A stretch of 63,069 nucleotides of DNA, filler included, from Octopus bimaculoides (GCF_001194135.2; 5 parts of 4 records of this genome joined end to end with filler, not necessarily neighbours in it), one strand, 5' to 3'. Counted from the first letter of the whole stretch, positions 25,272 to 38,277 are shown. Numbers and translations: made by a program. Notes: generated by a model not told the origin, from the sequence alone.

Positions 25272-27717
25272 AAGCAGGAATACCTTTTCTACCGTCTACT
25301 ACTTAAAATATATAGCAAAAAAGATTTTGCAAAGCCCAATAAAAATATAAAGGACTGGGTAAAGAAATTATACTTCGAAGAATGGAAAGAAGTCAAAGAG
25401 CTTTTCACATTGCGGGAACGGATTCGGTTGCCAACTGATTATTTTGTGAAAATCGAACCACCGTCTTTCTTTAGCAAGTAGGAGTGAATAGTCATACTTT
25501 GTCTTGTAGTTATGACGAAGAAAGTTGTACAGTGTACTTGGTTGAATGGTTTGAAGCCAGCTATCTGTTTTTCTTTTCTTTTTTCAAGCCAGGGTCTCAT
25601 CAACTTCTTCAATTGCCATTTCCTGAAGAAGGTGAGGAAGAGACGGATATGTTGTTCCTCACCTCCTCCAGAAAGTTCTATAAAAGGCGAGAGTAGAAAA
25701 TTTGACGTGGTTAAATAAACCGGCATCAACTATGCGGCAGTAAGTCGGTGGTAAGAAATAATAGAGGGCGTGGGTATTTGTTACGTCAGGATAATCCAGT
25801 TTCATGTTCGGATGTCCCGGACCAACATTTGGTTTCTCTTTCATGTTGTTATATTTATTTTCTAGATCATTGGAAACTGCACTCGGGTCAGATACTTCGT
25901 GGAACAAGTTACGGCAGTCAGAAGATGTTATGCTACTGAGTCAGCTTCTTCATATTTCCTGTCTACCTAGACATCTGACCCGAACCAGATATCGAGTATC
26001 TTAACTGGGCTGTTGGCCCAGTGACAGAATTCGCAACTAACCAGCACAGACTTTCCTCGCAAGATGCCAAGTTGCAAGCCTGGTTTACATAAGATCTTGT
26101 ATACTTGTACACTTCCAGCATATCGTCGACCGTCGTTACATCCGAAGTGCCATTCTTATATCTGATGCCTTGATGGTGAAGGCAGGTACTGTTCTCTTGT
26201 GTCCAAATTCGGTGGATGGAGACATTCAAAGGTTCCATACGCCGCAGCAATCACTCCAAAAGCAGGAAATTGTGGCATCTTTGATGAAATGGGCATTCAA
26301 TGCTAAACGGTTCTTCAGAATTTTCTGCTTATTTTGATAACTCAACAAATGCTTAGGAAAACAACAAATGTAGTGATCCAGCTTGTGGAAACGAAATCAA
26401 TTTGCATCCGGGCAGCCATCAAGCATTGGTGACCAACGCTAAAAAAATTGACTATCGCCCCATTAAAGCCACTATTATTTCCGATGCGCTCTACGTTTCG
26501 CATGAGGTGAAGTTAGGTGTGCATATATATATGTGCTGGGAAACGCATAGATTTTCGTGTTTTCACCTACACTGATAAAAATCACTTGCCTCTCAGTGTA
26601 GGCCTTTGCCAAAGTATTAAAATTTTGTTTAGCAGAGTTATAGGTATAAAATTTCCACTAATAATGTTTTCTTTTATTGGCTTAAAGGGACTAGATGCTG
26701 GAGACAGTACTACGGCAAAATATATCGGAAAATGACAAAGACAGATCCAAATTAAAGAAAAATAAATTAAAACTGGCGAGTTCAATGTGGGTAAGGTTTT
26801 TGGGTAAGGGTGGAACAAGGGTAAGGATGGAACACGGGTAGTGACAAGAGGAATAATAAATGATTCAAGTTTGCTAAAGTAGAGCAGGTTCGATACAAGC
26901 CAGCTCCGAAAAGTAAGGTTTACTGGAGTAGTAGTAAAATAAGCCTGTGTCAATATACTTATTTAAAGATACGTAAGTATACATGAATATACTTACATGG
27001 CAATTATTCACAATTAAGCAGATTAAAGCTACCGAAATATGCATAATCTACCAGGATATTGAAATGGTATTTGATCTTATGAAATCTTAATTTTCTGAGT
27101 TTACATCAGAATTTACGTTTTCACTGAAGTTGTGTTAAAAAAGTTGTAAACAAAGGTGACAGAACAAGTTCGGAAATTATGAGATGTATTGAAAAGAAAA
27201 ACACTGCATAGCGAAACCTGTGGATTCCAGTAAAAAGACGAGAAAAGATCTTGTAACTGAATGAAATTTTAGACTAGAAACCTCACTGGAAAGCAGAAAG
27301 CACCTGTATTAAGAATCCAGAAGTTTTGATTCGACAAATTTTCACCTCAAGAAAAAAAAAAAATATTCATTTTATCCCGTGGTCCTTTGATTTTTCTTTT
27401 CAGAGAAATTTTCTTTCAAATTTTGATCTAATTGTTAGACTAGCTCTTTTAGAACCAAGACATACGGTGTTTACCATGGATTTGATCCTGTAAGCATCGG
27501 TTGATGTTTGATATGTTCTATAATATGGCCGGTAATAGCTGAAAACAGTAAAACATTCCATGATAAATTCCATGAGGGAATAAAGGCATGTGTTTATCAT
27601 GAGTGTTACCTCTTTGAAAATATGCTGCACGAGTTCGCTCGGCATTGCCACATCTTTGTTTCAAAAGATTGTAGGTCCTTAGCAGAACTGAAAAGGTACA
27701 TCCGCGTTGCTTTAACT
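25272..27717 (+). pseudogene. Unidentified decayed coding-like region
   Basis: A chain of 69-98-codon stop-free plus-strand frames broken by stops and frameshifts, with some strong splice-like signals. No family is recognised. Confidence 0.35.
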
Positions 27718-27796
27718 TAACAATTAAAAGATGAAATTGCCTGAAATTTAGTTGCAGCTATCATATAGGTACATATGAACACACACATACGCACAT

Positions 27797-27840
<44 letters not shown>

Positions 27841-28477
27841 GTATGCATATATATTTTATATAAATACACAAACAGAGAGAAATAAGTATATGTGTGCAGG
27901 TGTATATCTGTGTATGTATGTATTTTTTACAGGTAGAATCTGTTATACCACAGTCAAAAAGTTTGCAAACTTATAAATTGTAAAATCAGAAATCTGATAA
28001 ACAATATGTGTAATAATGTGCGTATATATATATATATATATATTATATATGAAGAAATGAAATATCAATAGAGCGTAACGAAGATATAAAAGAAAAGATA
28101 AATAGGTAATAAAGACTCACAAAAAAAGAGCAATGACAAAATGCGTAAAAAATGTAACTCCATTTTTTTTTTATAATTGTTTTGCTTCTTTCTTATTTTA
28201 AACTTCATATAAAATTTCAGGAACAGATCTATTAAATCCAATAATTGGTTAATTACTCCTGGGAAATCAAAGTTCAGTGAGCGGTAACAGGAAGAGTGCT
28301 GATCGATGCACACATGTATATCTGCACAAGAATGTATACATGCATAAGGAAACGAAAATATGCGTACGCGCGCATATGCGTACGAATGCATGCATATGCG
28401 TACGAATGCATGCGTGCGTATAAGCGTATTTAAGCGTGTGTGTGCTTGTATAAATGAATATACGTGTAGGTGGATGT

Positions 28478-28660
28478 GTGGTATGAGAGACCTACACGGG
28501 GTGGATGTAGGCATTTTCAAAATAAAACTGGATCACCTCCTATCAAGAGTTCAGGATAAACCTACCGCTCGGCAGAAAGCGCAGATGAGGCCAGTGAAAA
28601 CAAACTCCCTTATTCACCAACTGCCATATATCAGAGGCGGTTCCAAGCGAAACTTCGATC
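28478..28660 (+). mobile_element. CR1/L2-group LINE C-terminal remnant
   Basis: RDLHGVDVGIFKIKLDHLLSRVQDKPTARQKAQMRPVKTNSLIHQ resembles the invertebrate CR1 tail (FK.KLD.FL..VPD.P...AASNSL..Q). Confidence 0.65.
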
Positions 28661-29117
28661 GTCTTTAAGTAATCGACTCCCCCAAAATTGCTGTTTTTGT
28701 GGCAAAATTTGAAACCATTATTAATTGATGTATTTATTCCGGGTTTCAACTTTCTGAATTCAGATCTCCACAAGATCAACTAGGCAATTCATTCTTTCGG
28801 GGTTAACAAAATAGAATTAAATACGTACAGGACTCAGTCATATCGACTAACTAACTACCTCCCTGAAAACTTTGAGCCCCTGTCCCAATGCTAGAAATTG
28901 TTACTATGGGCGGTGAATCGAGAGATCCGTAAGAACATAGGTAAAAATGACATACGGTATTAATTATGATTCTTTACGTTCTGTGTTCAAATCTTGCTGC
29001 GGTCAGCTTTACATTTTACCTTTACGGGATCGATAAAGTAAAGTAACAGTCAATATTATTCACCAAAGCACCTCCCCGAAAGTTTAAACCTGCTGCTTAT
29101 GTTCAAAACAATATTTA

Positions 29118-29293
29118 CTGTATTTTGAAGTGTATAAAGAACCCCTTTTTGTCAAAAATTAGGTTAAAAAATATGGGAGTTTCTTATATATGGACAGTAT
29201 TATAATCCCTTATAAAACCTTTTCCAAATTTTAAGCCCCCAAAATTAGGGGGTTCCTTACACACGAGGGTTCCTTATACGCGTTAAAATACGG
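29118..29293. mobile_element. Tc2/pogo-type MITE (~176 bp) with TA target duplication
   Basis: Left end TA|CTGTATTTTGAAGTGTATAAAGAACCC; reverse complement of the right end TA|CCGTATTTTAACGCGTATAAGGAACCC (24/29 identical including TA). Confidence 0.75.
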
Positions 29294-29455
29294 TAATAAT
29301 CTCTTTGTTTTTGCTTTATGTGTGTTTTGTTATTTCTTAACCGAAGTGTTTGGTGTTTTTTGTTGCTGAAATGTTTTATTATTTTACTTCAGTCACTGTT
29401 CTTTATATTTATTATTGTTGTTGTTATTGTTATTTGTCGTGCGTTCATGTTGTTT

Positions 29456-30056
29456 GTGTGGCTGTGTGGTAAGAAGTTTGCTTCCCAACCACAACGTTCT
29501 GGGGGTTCAGTCCTGCTACGTGGCACCATGAGCAAGGGTCTTCCACTATAATTTCAGACTGACCAAAGCCTTGTGAGTGGATTTGGTAGAAGGAAATTGA
29601 AACAAGCCTTCGTATATCTATATNNNNNNNNNNNNNNNNNNNNNNNNNNNNNNNNNNNNNNNNNNNNNNNNNNNNNNNNNNNNNNNNNNNNNNNNNNNNN
29701 NNNNNNNNNNNNNNNNNNNNNNNNNNNNNNNNNNNNNNNNNNNNNNNNNNNNNNNNNNNNNNNNNNNNNNNNNNNNNNNNNNNNNNNNNNNNNNNNNNNN
29801 NNNNNNNNNNNNNNNNNNNNNNNNNNNNNNNNNNNNNNNNNNNNNNNNNNNNNNNNNNNNNNNNNNNNNNNNNNNNNNNNNNNNNNNNNNNNNNNNNNNN
29901 NNNNNNNNNNNNNNNNNNNNNNNNNNNNNNNNNNNNNNNNNNNNNNNNNNNNNNNNNNNNNNNNNNNNNNNNNNNNNNNNNNNNNNNNNNNNNNNNNNNN
30001 NNNNNNNNNNNNNNNNNNNNNNNNNNNNNNNNNNNNNNNNNNNNNNNNNNNNNNNN

Positions 30057-30102
<46 letters not shown>

Positions 30103-30298
30103 GTGTGGGACTTTGTATATGTATTTGTTCCTCATCACCGTTTGACAACCGAGCAGTTCGACAAAATAGACCGACAGAATAAATAACAGGCTTTACAAAA
30201 ACTAGTAAGTACTGGGGTCAATTCGTTCGACAAAAATTTCTCAAGGCGGTGCCGTAGCATTGCCACACTCTAGTGACGTAAGCAAGTAACAGATAAAA
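29456..30298 (+). mobile_element. CORE-type tRNA-SINE with internal (TA)n/(TG)n microsatellite (gap inside)
   Basis: Head GGCTGTGTGGTAAG..GGTTCAGTCC, CORE-like GGCACCATGAGCAAG, internal TA tract with N gap, then the 3' half GACAACCG..TACTGGGGTC..AAGGCGGTGC. Confidence 0.75.
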
Positions 30299-31050
30299 GC
30301 TAACATATATAAATGATATATATTTATATATATAAACAAAAAATGATCCCAGCTTACCTGGTTTGCTCCGAAACAATAAGTTTAACTCTTCAAACTCTTG
30401 CTATTGAATCGGCAACGAGTTCCACAACTTCTGTCCTGGGATGAAAGTTAAACTCACCGCCTTCGCCGAGGAATACAGCGCTTTTCATAAAACATTTTCA
30501 CGCATGCGTAATGAATCAGCATGAATATTTCTCAGCAACTTTTTTCCCTTTATTTACTTTTGATAATTTCCTCACGTTCGTTATTCTCGTTATCGTTGTT
30601 GTTGTTGTTGTTGTTGTCGTTGTTATAACTGCTATTTTTGCTGCCTGTGGTATTTCTGCTGTCGTTGAGGCAATGGACGTTGTTTTCGCTTATGTTGCTG
30701 CTGCTGCTGCTATTGCAACAATGACTTTTGCTGTTTTTATCGTTGTTGTTGCTAATGCATGTGTTATTCATACGTTTCCTGCTGCTGTTGCTGTTGTAAA
30801 TATCGTTGTTCATTATGTTTTCGTTGTTCTTAATGTTGTTGCTGATGTCGTTTGTCACTGCTACTGTTGCTGCTGCTACTACTACTACTACTACTGTTTT
30901 TCTTGTTTTTGTTATAACTAATGTAGTTCCCGTTACTTCTACTGCTGCTGCTGCTGATGCTGCTGAGGATATCAGTATTATAAAAGCCTTCGTGGTTGCT
31001 CTGTAGTTATTGTTATTTTTGCTGTTTATTGTGCTGCTATTGCTACAACT

Positions 31051-31438
31051 GTGGAGGCGCAATGGCCCAGTGGTTAGGGCAGCGGACTCGCGGTCATAGG
31101 ATCGCGGTTTCGATTCCCAGACCAGGCGTTGTGAGTGTTTATTGAGCGAAAACACCTAAAGCTCCACGAGGCTCCGGCAGGGGATGGTGGCGAACCCTGC
31201 TGTACTCTTTCACCACAACTTTCTCTCGCTCGTACTTCCTGTTTCTGTTGTGCCTGTAATTCAAAGGGCCAGCCTTTTCACACTCTGTGTCATGCTGAAT
31301 AACCCCGAGAACTACGTTAAGGGTACACGTGTCTGTGGAGTGCTCAGCCACTTGCACGTTAATTTCACGAGCAGGCTGTTCCGTCGATCGGATCAACTGG
31401 AACCCTCGACGTCGTAAGCGACGGAGTGCCAACAACAA
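31051..31438 (+). mobile_element. Full-length tRNA-derived SINE (~385 bp) with 12-bp TSD
   Basis: Head TGGCCCAGTGGTTAGG (A box) ... GTTTCGATTCCC (B box) and a CAACAACAA tail. ATTGCTACAACT occurs on both sides (31039-31050, 31438-31449). Confidence 0.85.
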
Positions 31439-31856
31439 TTGCTACAACTATCATTGTGGTAGTTCTAACTACTGTTGTTGTTGCTGTTATTGCTGATGCT
31501 GCAGTTGTTGTTACTGTATTTGCTCTTGCTCCGAAACTTTTTCTTTCTCAAGTTTTTTTTTTTTGTGTGTTGTTTGACTTGTTGTTATCTGATTGTTCTC
31601 GTTTGGAGGTGATGCTGCTGCTGTGGTATCATGGTTTTGTTGTTGTTTCGCTTCTTATTCTAATCCTTGTTCTATTTCTACAGGCGTGACCGATGATACT
31701 GTTGTTGTTACTATTGAGCTTGTTGTAATACTTGTAGCTGCTATAGTTTTTGCTGTGGTGGAAGTTGTCATAACTGTTGTGACTTATTGTTGTAGCTGCA
31801 GTTGTAATTGTTATGCTTATAATTGCTATTACAATTGTTGTAGTTGTTATATTGTT

Positions 31857-32109
31857 CTTTTATTCTTTTACTTTTTTCAGTCATATAACTGGGGTCATGG
31901 TGGAGCACCACCTTAAGGGGTGTTAATCGAACAAATCGACCCTACGACTTAGTCTTTGTAAGTCTAGTATTTATTCTATCGGACTCTTTTACCGAACTGC
32001 TAAGTTACGGGAACGTAAGCTCACTAACATCGGTTGTCAAGCGATAGTAGGGGGACAAACACAGGCATAAAGATACACACACACATATATAAATATATAC
32101 ATACATACA

Positions 32110-32142
<33 letters not shown>

Positions 32143-32430
32143 NNNNNNNNNNNNNNNNNNNNNNNNNNNNNNNNNNNNNNNNNNNNNNNNNNNNNNNNNN
32201 NNNNNNNNNNNNNNNNNNNNNNNNNNNNNNNNNNNNNNNNNNATATATATATATTTATATATATATATATATACGTCGGACTTCTGTCAGTTTCCGTCCA
32301 GCAAATCCACTCACAAGGCTTTGGTCGGCCTAAAGCTATAGTAGAAGACACTTACCCAAGGTGTCACGCAGTGGGTTTAAACCCGGAACCATGTGCTTGT
32401 GTAACAAGCTTCTTACCACACAGCCACGCC
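31857..32430 (-). mobile_element. CORE-type tRNA-SINE, full length, with internal microsatellite
   Basis: Reverse complement begins GGCGTGGCTGTGTGGTAAGAAG..GACACCTTGGGTAAGTGTCTTCTACTATAG. It contains internal (TA)/(GATA) repeats plus a gap and ends in a 3' tail ..GAAAAAAGTAAAAGAATAAA. Confidence 0.85.
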
Positions 32431-32651
32431 TTGCTGTTGTGGCACAAATAGTTGTTGCTGATATTGTAGTTGACAATCGTATTATATTTGTTTTTATTGT
32501 TGTAGTTTTTTTGGTGCTGGTTGAGCTGTTGTAATTCTTCTAGTTATTGCTGTGGTCGGAGATGTTGCTACTGTTGTAGTTTTGTAGCAGTTGTTGTAGT
32601 TCTTATAGTTGTTGCTGACGTCACACTTGTAGTTGCTGCTGCTGTTATTGG

Positions 32652-32685
<34 letters not shown>

Positions 32686-32759
32686 ACTGTTGCTGCTGCT
32701 GTTGATGCTGCTGCTACTGCTGTATACTCTATAGTTGCTGCCGCTGTTCTTTTTGCCGC

Positions 32760-32826
<67 letters not shown>

Positions 32827-33693
32827 ATCATCATCATCATCATCATCATCATCATTATTATTATTATTANNNNNNNNNNNNNNNNNNNNNNNNNNNNNNN
32901 NNNNNNNNNNNNNNNNNNNNNNNNNNNNNNNNNNNNNNNNNNNNNNNNNNNNNNNNNNNNNNNNNNNNNNNNNNNNNNNNNNNNNNNNNNNNNNNNNNNN
33001 NNNNNNNNNNNNNNNNNNNNNNNNNNNNNNNNNNNNNNNNNNNNNNNNNNNNNNNNNNNNNNNNNNNNNNNNNNNNNNNNNNNNNNNNNNNNNNNNNNNN
33101 NNNNNNNNNNNNNNNNNNNNNNNNNNNNNNNNNNNNNNNNNNNNNNNNNNNNNNNNNNNNNNNNNNNNNNNNNNNNNNNNNNNNNNNNNNNNNNNNNNNN
33201 NNNNNNNNNNNNNNNNNNNNNNNNNNNNNNNNNNNNNNNNNNNNNNNNNNNNNNNNNNNNNNNNNNNNNNNNNNNNNNNNNNNNNNNNNNNNNNNNNNNN
33301 NNNNNNNNNNNNNNNNNNNNNNNNNNNNNNNNNNNNNNNNNNNNNNNNNNNNNNNNNNNNNNNNNNNNNNNNNNNNNNNNNNNNNNNNNNNNNNNNNNNN
33401 NNNNNNNNNNNNNNNNNNNNNNNNNNNNNNNNNNNNNNNNNNNNNNNNNNNNNNNNNNNNNNNNNNNNNNNNNNNNNNNNNNNNNNNNNNNNNNNNNNNN
33501 NNNNNNNNNNNNNNNNNNNNNNNNNNNNNNNNNNNNNNNNNNNNNNNNNNNNNNNNNNNNNNNNNNNNNNNNNNNNNNNNNNNNNNNNNNNNNNNNNNNN
33601 NNNNNNNNNNNNNNNNNNNNNNNNNNNNNNNNNNNNNNNNNNNNNNNNNNNNNNNNNNNNNNNNNNNNNNNNNNNNNNNNNNNNNNNNNNNNN

Positions 33694-33793
<100 letters not shown>

Positions 33794-34586
33794 ATATATA
33801 TACCCGTGTGTGTATGTATGTATGTATGTGTATGTATGTATGTTTGGCTGTTTGTATGTATGTATGTATATATACGCACATATGTATGTATATATATACA
33901 TCCACATGTACAAACACACGCGAGCGCACTCACACACACACACATATGTTTATATGTATATTTATTAATATCGATATCAAATATATATGTATACATACTT
34001 ACATATATACAAACATACATACGTACATACATACATACATATATACAAACATACATACGTACATACATACATACATACATACATACATACATACATGCAT
34101 ACATACATACATACATACATACATACATACATACATGCATACATAGTCGTGAGTGTGTATCTGCTTTAGTGTACTTGTGTACGTTCGAGGTATTTGCGTC
34201 TTTCTGGCGCCGGATTGCAATGCCAAGAGTGTTCTGTCACTTTAACCAAATGTCTCCAGAGCTATTTCAAGTGCACCGTCCAAAATCATTTATAATTCAA
34301 TATTATACGTACACTGCGTGTGTATATATATACTCGTACGTATGCTGATGTACATGAATATACAAATCAAAAGAGAGAGAGAGAAGAGAAATAGATACAT
34401 ACATACATACATACATACATACATACATGCATGCATGCATGCAAAAGTATATGTGTTTGTATGAAAGTATATCTCTTTGTCTCTCACACCCATATGGATA
34501 GATAGACAGACAGAAAGACAGATAGACAGGCAGACAGGCGGACAGGCAGACAAGCAGACAAACAGACAGATAAATATATATTCGTT

Positions 34587-34715
34587 CTTTTTTTTTTATT
34601 CTTTTACTTGTTTCAGTCATTTGACTGCGGCCATGATGGAGCACCGCCTTCAGTCGAATCGAATCGACCCCAGGACTTATTCTTTGTAAGCCTAGAACTT
34701 ATTTTATCGGTTGTT
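34587..34715 (-). mobile_element. 3' part of the CORE-type SINE
   Basis: Same 3' sequence as 1983-2160, running into an N gap. Confidence 0.8.
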
Positions 34716-35463
34716 NNNNNNNNNNNNNNNNNNNNNNNNNNNNNNNNNNNNNNNNNNNNNNNNNNNNNNNNNNNNNNNNNNNNNNNNNNNNNNNNNNNNN
34801 NNNNNNNNNNNNNNNNNNNNNNNNNNNNNNNNNNNNNNNNNNNNNNNNNNNNNNNNNNNNNNNNNNNNNNNNNNNNNNNNNNNNNNNNNNNNNNNNNNNN
34901 NNNNNNNNNNNNNNNNNNNNNNNNNNNNNNNNNNNNNNNNNNNNNNNNNNNNNNNNNNNNNNNNNNNNNNNNNNNNNNNNNNNNNNNNNNNNNNNNNNNN
35001 NNNNNNNNNNNNNNNNNNNNNNNNNNNNNNNNNNNNNNNNNNNNNNNNNNNNNNNNNNNNNNNNNNNNNNNNNNNNNNNNNNNNNNNNNNNNNNNNNNNN
35101 NNNNNNNNNNNNNNNNNNNNNNNNNNNNNNNNNNNNNNNNNNNNNNNNNNNNNNNNNNNNNNNNNNNNNNNNNNNNNNNNNNNNNNNNNNNNNNNNNNNN
35201 NNNNNNNNNNNNNNNNNNNNNNNNNNNNNNNNNNNNNNNNNNNNNNNNNNNNNNNNNNNNNNNNNNNNNNNNNNNNNNNNNNNNNNNNNNNNNNNNNNNN
35301 NNNNNNNNNNNNNNNNNNNNNNNNNNNNNNNNNNNNNNNNNNNNNNNNNNNNNNNNNNNNNNNNNNNNNNNNNNNNNNNNNNNNNNNNNNNNNNNNNNNN
35401 NNNNNNNNNNNNNNNNNNNNNNNNNNNNNNNNNNNNNNNNNNNNNNNNNNNNNNNNNNNNNNN

Positions 35464-35504
<41 letters not shown>

Positions 35505-35959
35505 CATACACATCTATTCACAAATGCCAACGTACATGAAACGCATCTCAGAGGTAGATATATGGGACTTCCAATTAATTGCAATATCAATACACATTTG
35601 GATATAAGATGCACATCCATATGTACAAACAAAAGCAAGAATATATAAACCACAAACACTGCCATTTCTAGACTTCGGCAGAAAAACACATACACACGCA
35701 GACACATTCACAAACACGCATATATATTTTTGTATATATATATATATGACTATTTCAACAAATAATAATTTATCAATTAATCTGCATGCGAGCGTCTGAC
35801 TTATGTGTGTATGTTGGGTGTCTCAATTAGAGATGTGTCTATATGCAGGTGCCTGTATATATATGTGCCTGTTTCTATGTGCGTGTTAGTATAACTTCGT
35901 ATTTTGCTGCTTTGGTTCAGTGTTTGAGTATTGGCACTTCCAGACACTTTTTTGCTGTC

Positions 35960-37230
35960 GTTGCTTCTATCATCATCATTATTAGCAGCATCATGCTAAT
36001 TTTCATCATCATTATCAACATCGTCACTCCCAACACCATAGTCATATTAACATCATAACCATCAACATCATCATCACCGCATCCAACACTATCACCACAA
36101 CCATCATTATCATCATCATCATCATCATTATCACAATTACCGTCACCATCACCATGAACATCATACCGCCGCCACCATTCCCATTTTCATCACCACCACC
36201 ACCACCACCACCACCACCACCATCATCATAACCACTTCCATCATCACCATCATCAGGATCACCATTTATTATCATCCACATCACTACAGCCACCGCCACC
36301 ATCACTACCACCACTATCACCAAAACAACCACCACAATTAAGACTATAACCGCCTCTATCATCACCACCACCACTATCACCACCACCGTCACCTCCACCA
36401 CTATCACTACCTTCAGCATCGAGAATACCATCGTCACTACNNNNNNNNNNNNNNNNNNNNNNNNNNNNNNNNNNNNNNNNNNNNNNNNNNNNNNNNNNNN
36501 NNNNNNNNNNNNNNNNNNNNNNNNNNNNNNNNNNNNNNNNNNNNNNNNNNNNNNNNNNNNNNNNNNNNNNNNNNNNNNNNNNNNNNNNNNNNNNNNNNNN
36601 NNNNNNNNNNNNNNNNNNNNNNNNNNNNNNNNNNNNNNNNNNNNNNNNNNNNNNNNNNNNNNNNNNNNNNNNNNNNNNNNNNNNNNNNNNNNNNNNNNNN
36701 NNNNNNNNNNNNNNNNNNNNNNNNNNNNNNNNNNNNNNNNNNNNNNNNNNNNNNNNNNNNNNNNNNNNNNNNNNNNNNNNNNNNNNNNNNNNNNNNNNNN
36801 NNNNNNNNNNNNNNNNNNNNNNNNNNNNNNNNNNNNNNNNNNNNNNNNNNNNNNNNNNNNNNNNNNNNNNNNNNNNNNNNNNNNNNNNNNNNNNNNNNNN
36901 NNNNNNNNNNNNNNNNNNNNNNNNNNNNNNNNNNNNNNNNNNNNNNNNNNNNNNNNNNNNNNNNNNNNNNNNNNNNNNNNNNNNNNNNNNNNNNNNNNNN
37001 NNNNNNNNNNNNNNNNNNNNNNNNNNNNNNNNNNNNNNNNNNNNNNNNNNNNNNNNNNNATCACCATCATCAGGATCACCATTTATTATCATCCACATCA
37101 CTACAGCCACCGCCACCATCACTACCACCACTACAACTAACCTCGGCACTACAACCAGACCTCACCCCCCCCCACCACCACCACCACAACTACAACGACT
37201 CTCGCCACTGCAACCTTCAACACCACCACT
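35960..37230. repeat. Decayed (CAT)/(CAC) trinucleotide field with a gap
   Basis: Visible directly. Confidence 0.9.
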
Positions 37231-37873
37231 GCCCTTACCTGTGTATGGTTGACATTTTCACGCTAATTAATTTCGTTCTTATCAATACGATTAGTATTTT
37301 TGAATCGATTCTTTATTTTGAATCGATATGCTTTTGTTATTTTGTTGCTGTTTTATTTTCTAACTCTCACTGCTAAGGGAGGTGCTAAAACGACGTAAGG
37401 CGTAATCAGTCTGTGTGTGTGTTTGTGTGTGTGTGCTTGTGTGTGTGTGTTTGTGTGTGTGTGCTTGTGTGTGTGTGTTTGCTTGTGAGCGTGCGCTTGT
37501 GAATGCGTGCGTCTAACTGTCCCTGTCTATATGTGTTTATGTGTCTGTCAAGCTTTTTGTATGTTTTGCACAAGCTTTAGAACTTGCATGAGCGTGCTAG
37601 CATTTGGATGCGCGCGCGTGTGCGTGTGTATGTGTGCGTGCGCATGTATACATATGTGCGTATTATTGTAGTTGTTTGTATGAGTGTACTGGTGTTTCAG
37701 AGTGTGTCTCACTTTGCGCGTGTGTGTATGTGTCTGTGTGTGTGTGTGTGAGTGTGTATGTGCACACGGGTGTTCGTCTCTGTATGCGTGTGCGTGTGAG
37801 TGAGTATGTGTGTACGAATATTTGTGCCTGGTCGTGTGAATGTGCTTAGGAAATAGATAGATAGATAGATAGG

Positions 37874-37921
<48 letters not shown>

Positions 37922-37923
<2 letters not shown>

Positions 37924-38277
37924 CATTTCTTTTATTAGCCACACAGGGCTCAACGAAGATGGGACAAATACAATGTAGAGCTTTTCTTTTTGGGAGGGGG
38001 AAGGGAAAAAAGGGGGGGTGTCGATCAAAAGGGATCGTAGGAAGGGAAAAAGGGGGAGTTCGNNNNNNNNNNNNNNNNNNNNNNNNNNNNNNNNNNNNNN
38101 NGAAAAAAAAAAAAGAAGGAAAGGCCGATCAATAGGGATCGTGTATCACACAGTAATGTTCTCGTGTAAAAAGAGGGGAGGTCAGTTTAGGTTTAGCCGT
38201 GGAAGGAAAAGCCTACGGAAAAGACCACGGTAACCTTGGTCAATATTCTCATTGAAGAAACTATAACAGTAAGTGAC
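37922..38277 (-). mobile_element. 3' UTR/end of a retroelement abutting (GATA)n (possibly L1/Tx1 group)
   Basis: Minus strand ends ...GTGTGGCTAATAAAGAAATGTATCTATC, i.e. AATAAA followed by the microsatellite. A second copy at 48807-48907 has the same endpoint. Clade assignment is inference. Confidence 0.5.

Larger units (their letters stand above)
30570..32870. repeat. Decayed (GTT)/(GCT)/(ATT) trinucleotide field interrupted by SINEs
   Basis: Visible directly. Confidence 0.85.

Noticed and set aside
36243-37133. Identical 74-bp segment on both sides of an N gap (36243-36316 and 37060-37133)
   Set aside because: Most simply an unresolved contig overlap, allele or low-complexity tandem copy.
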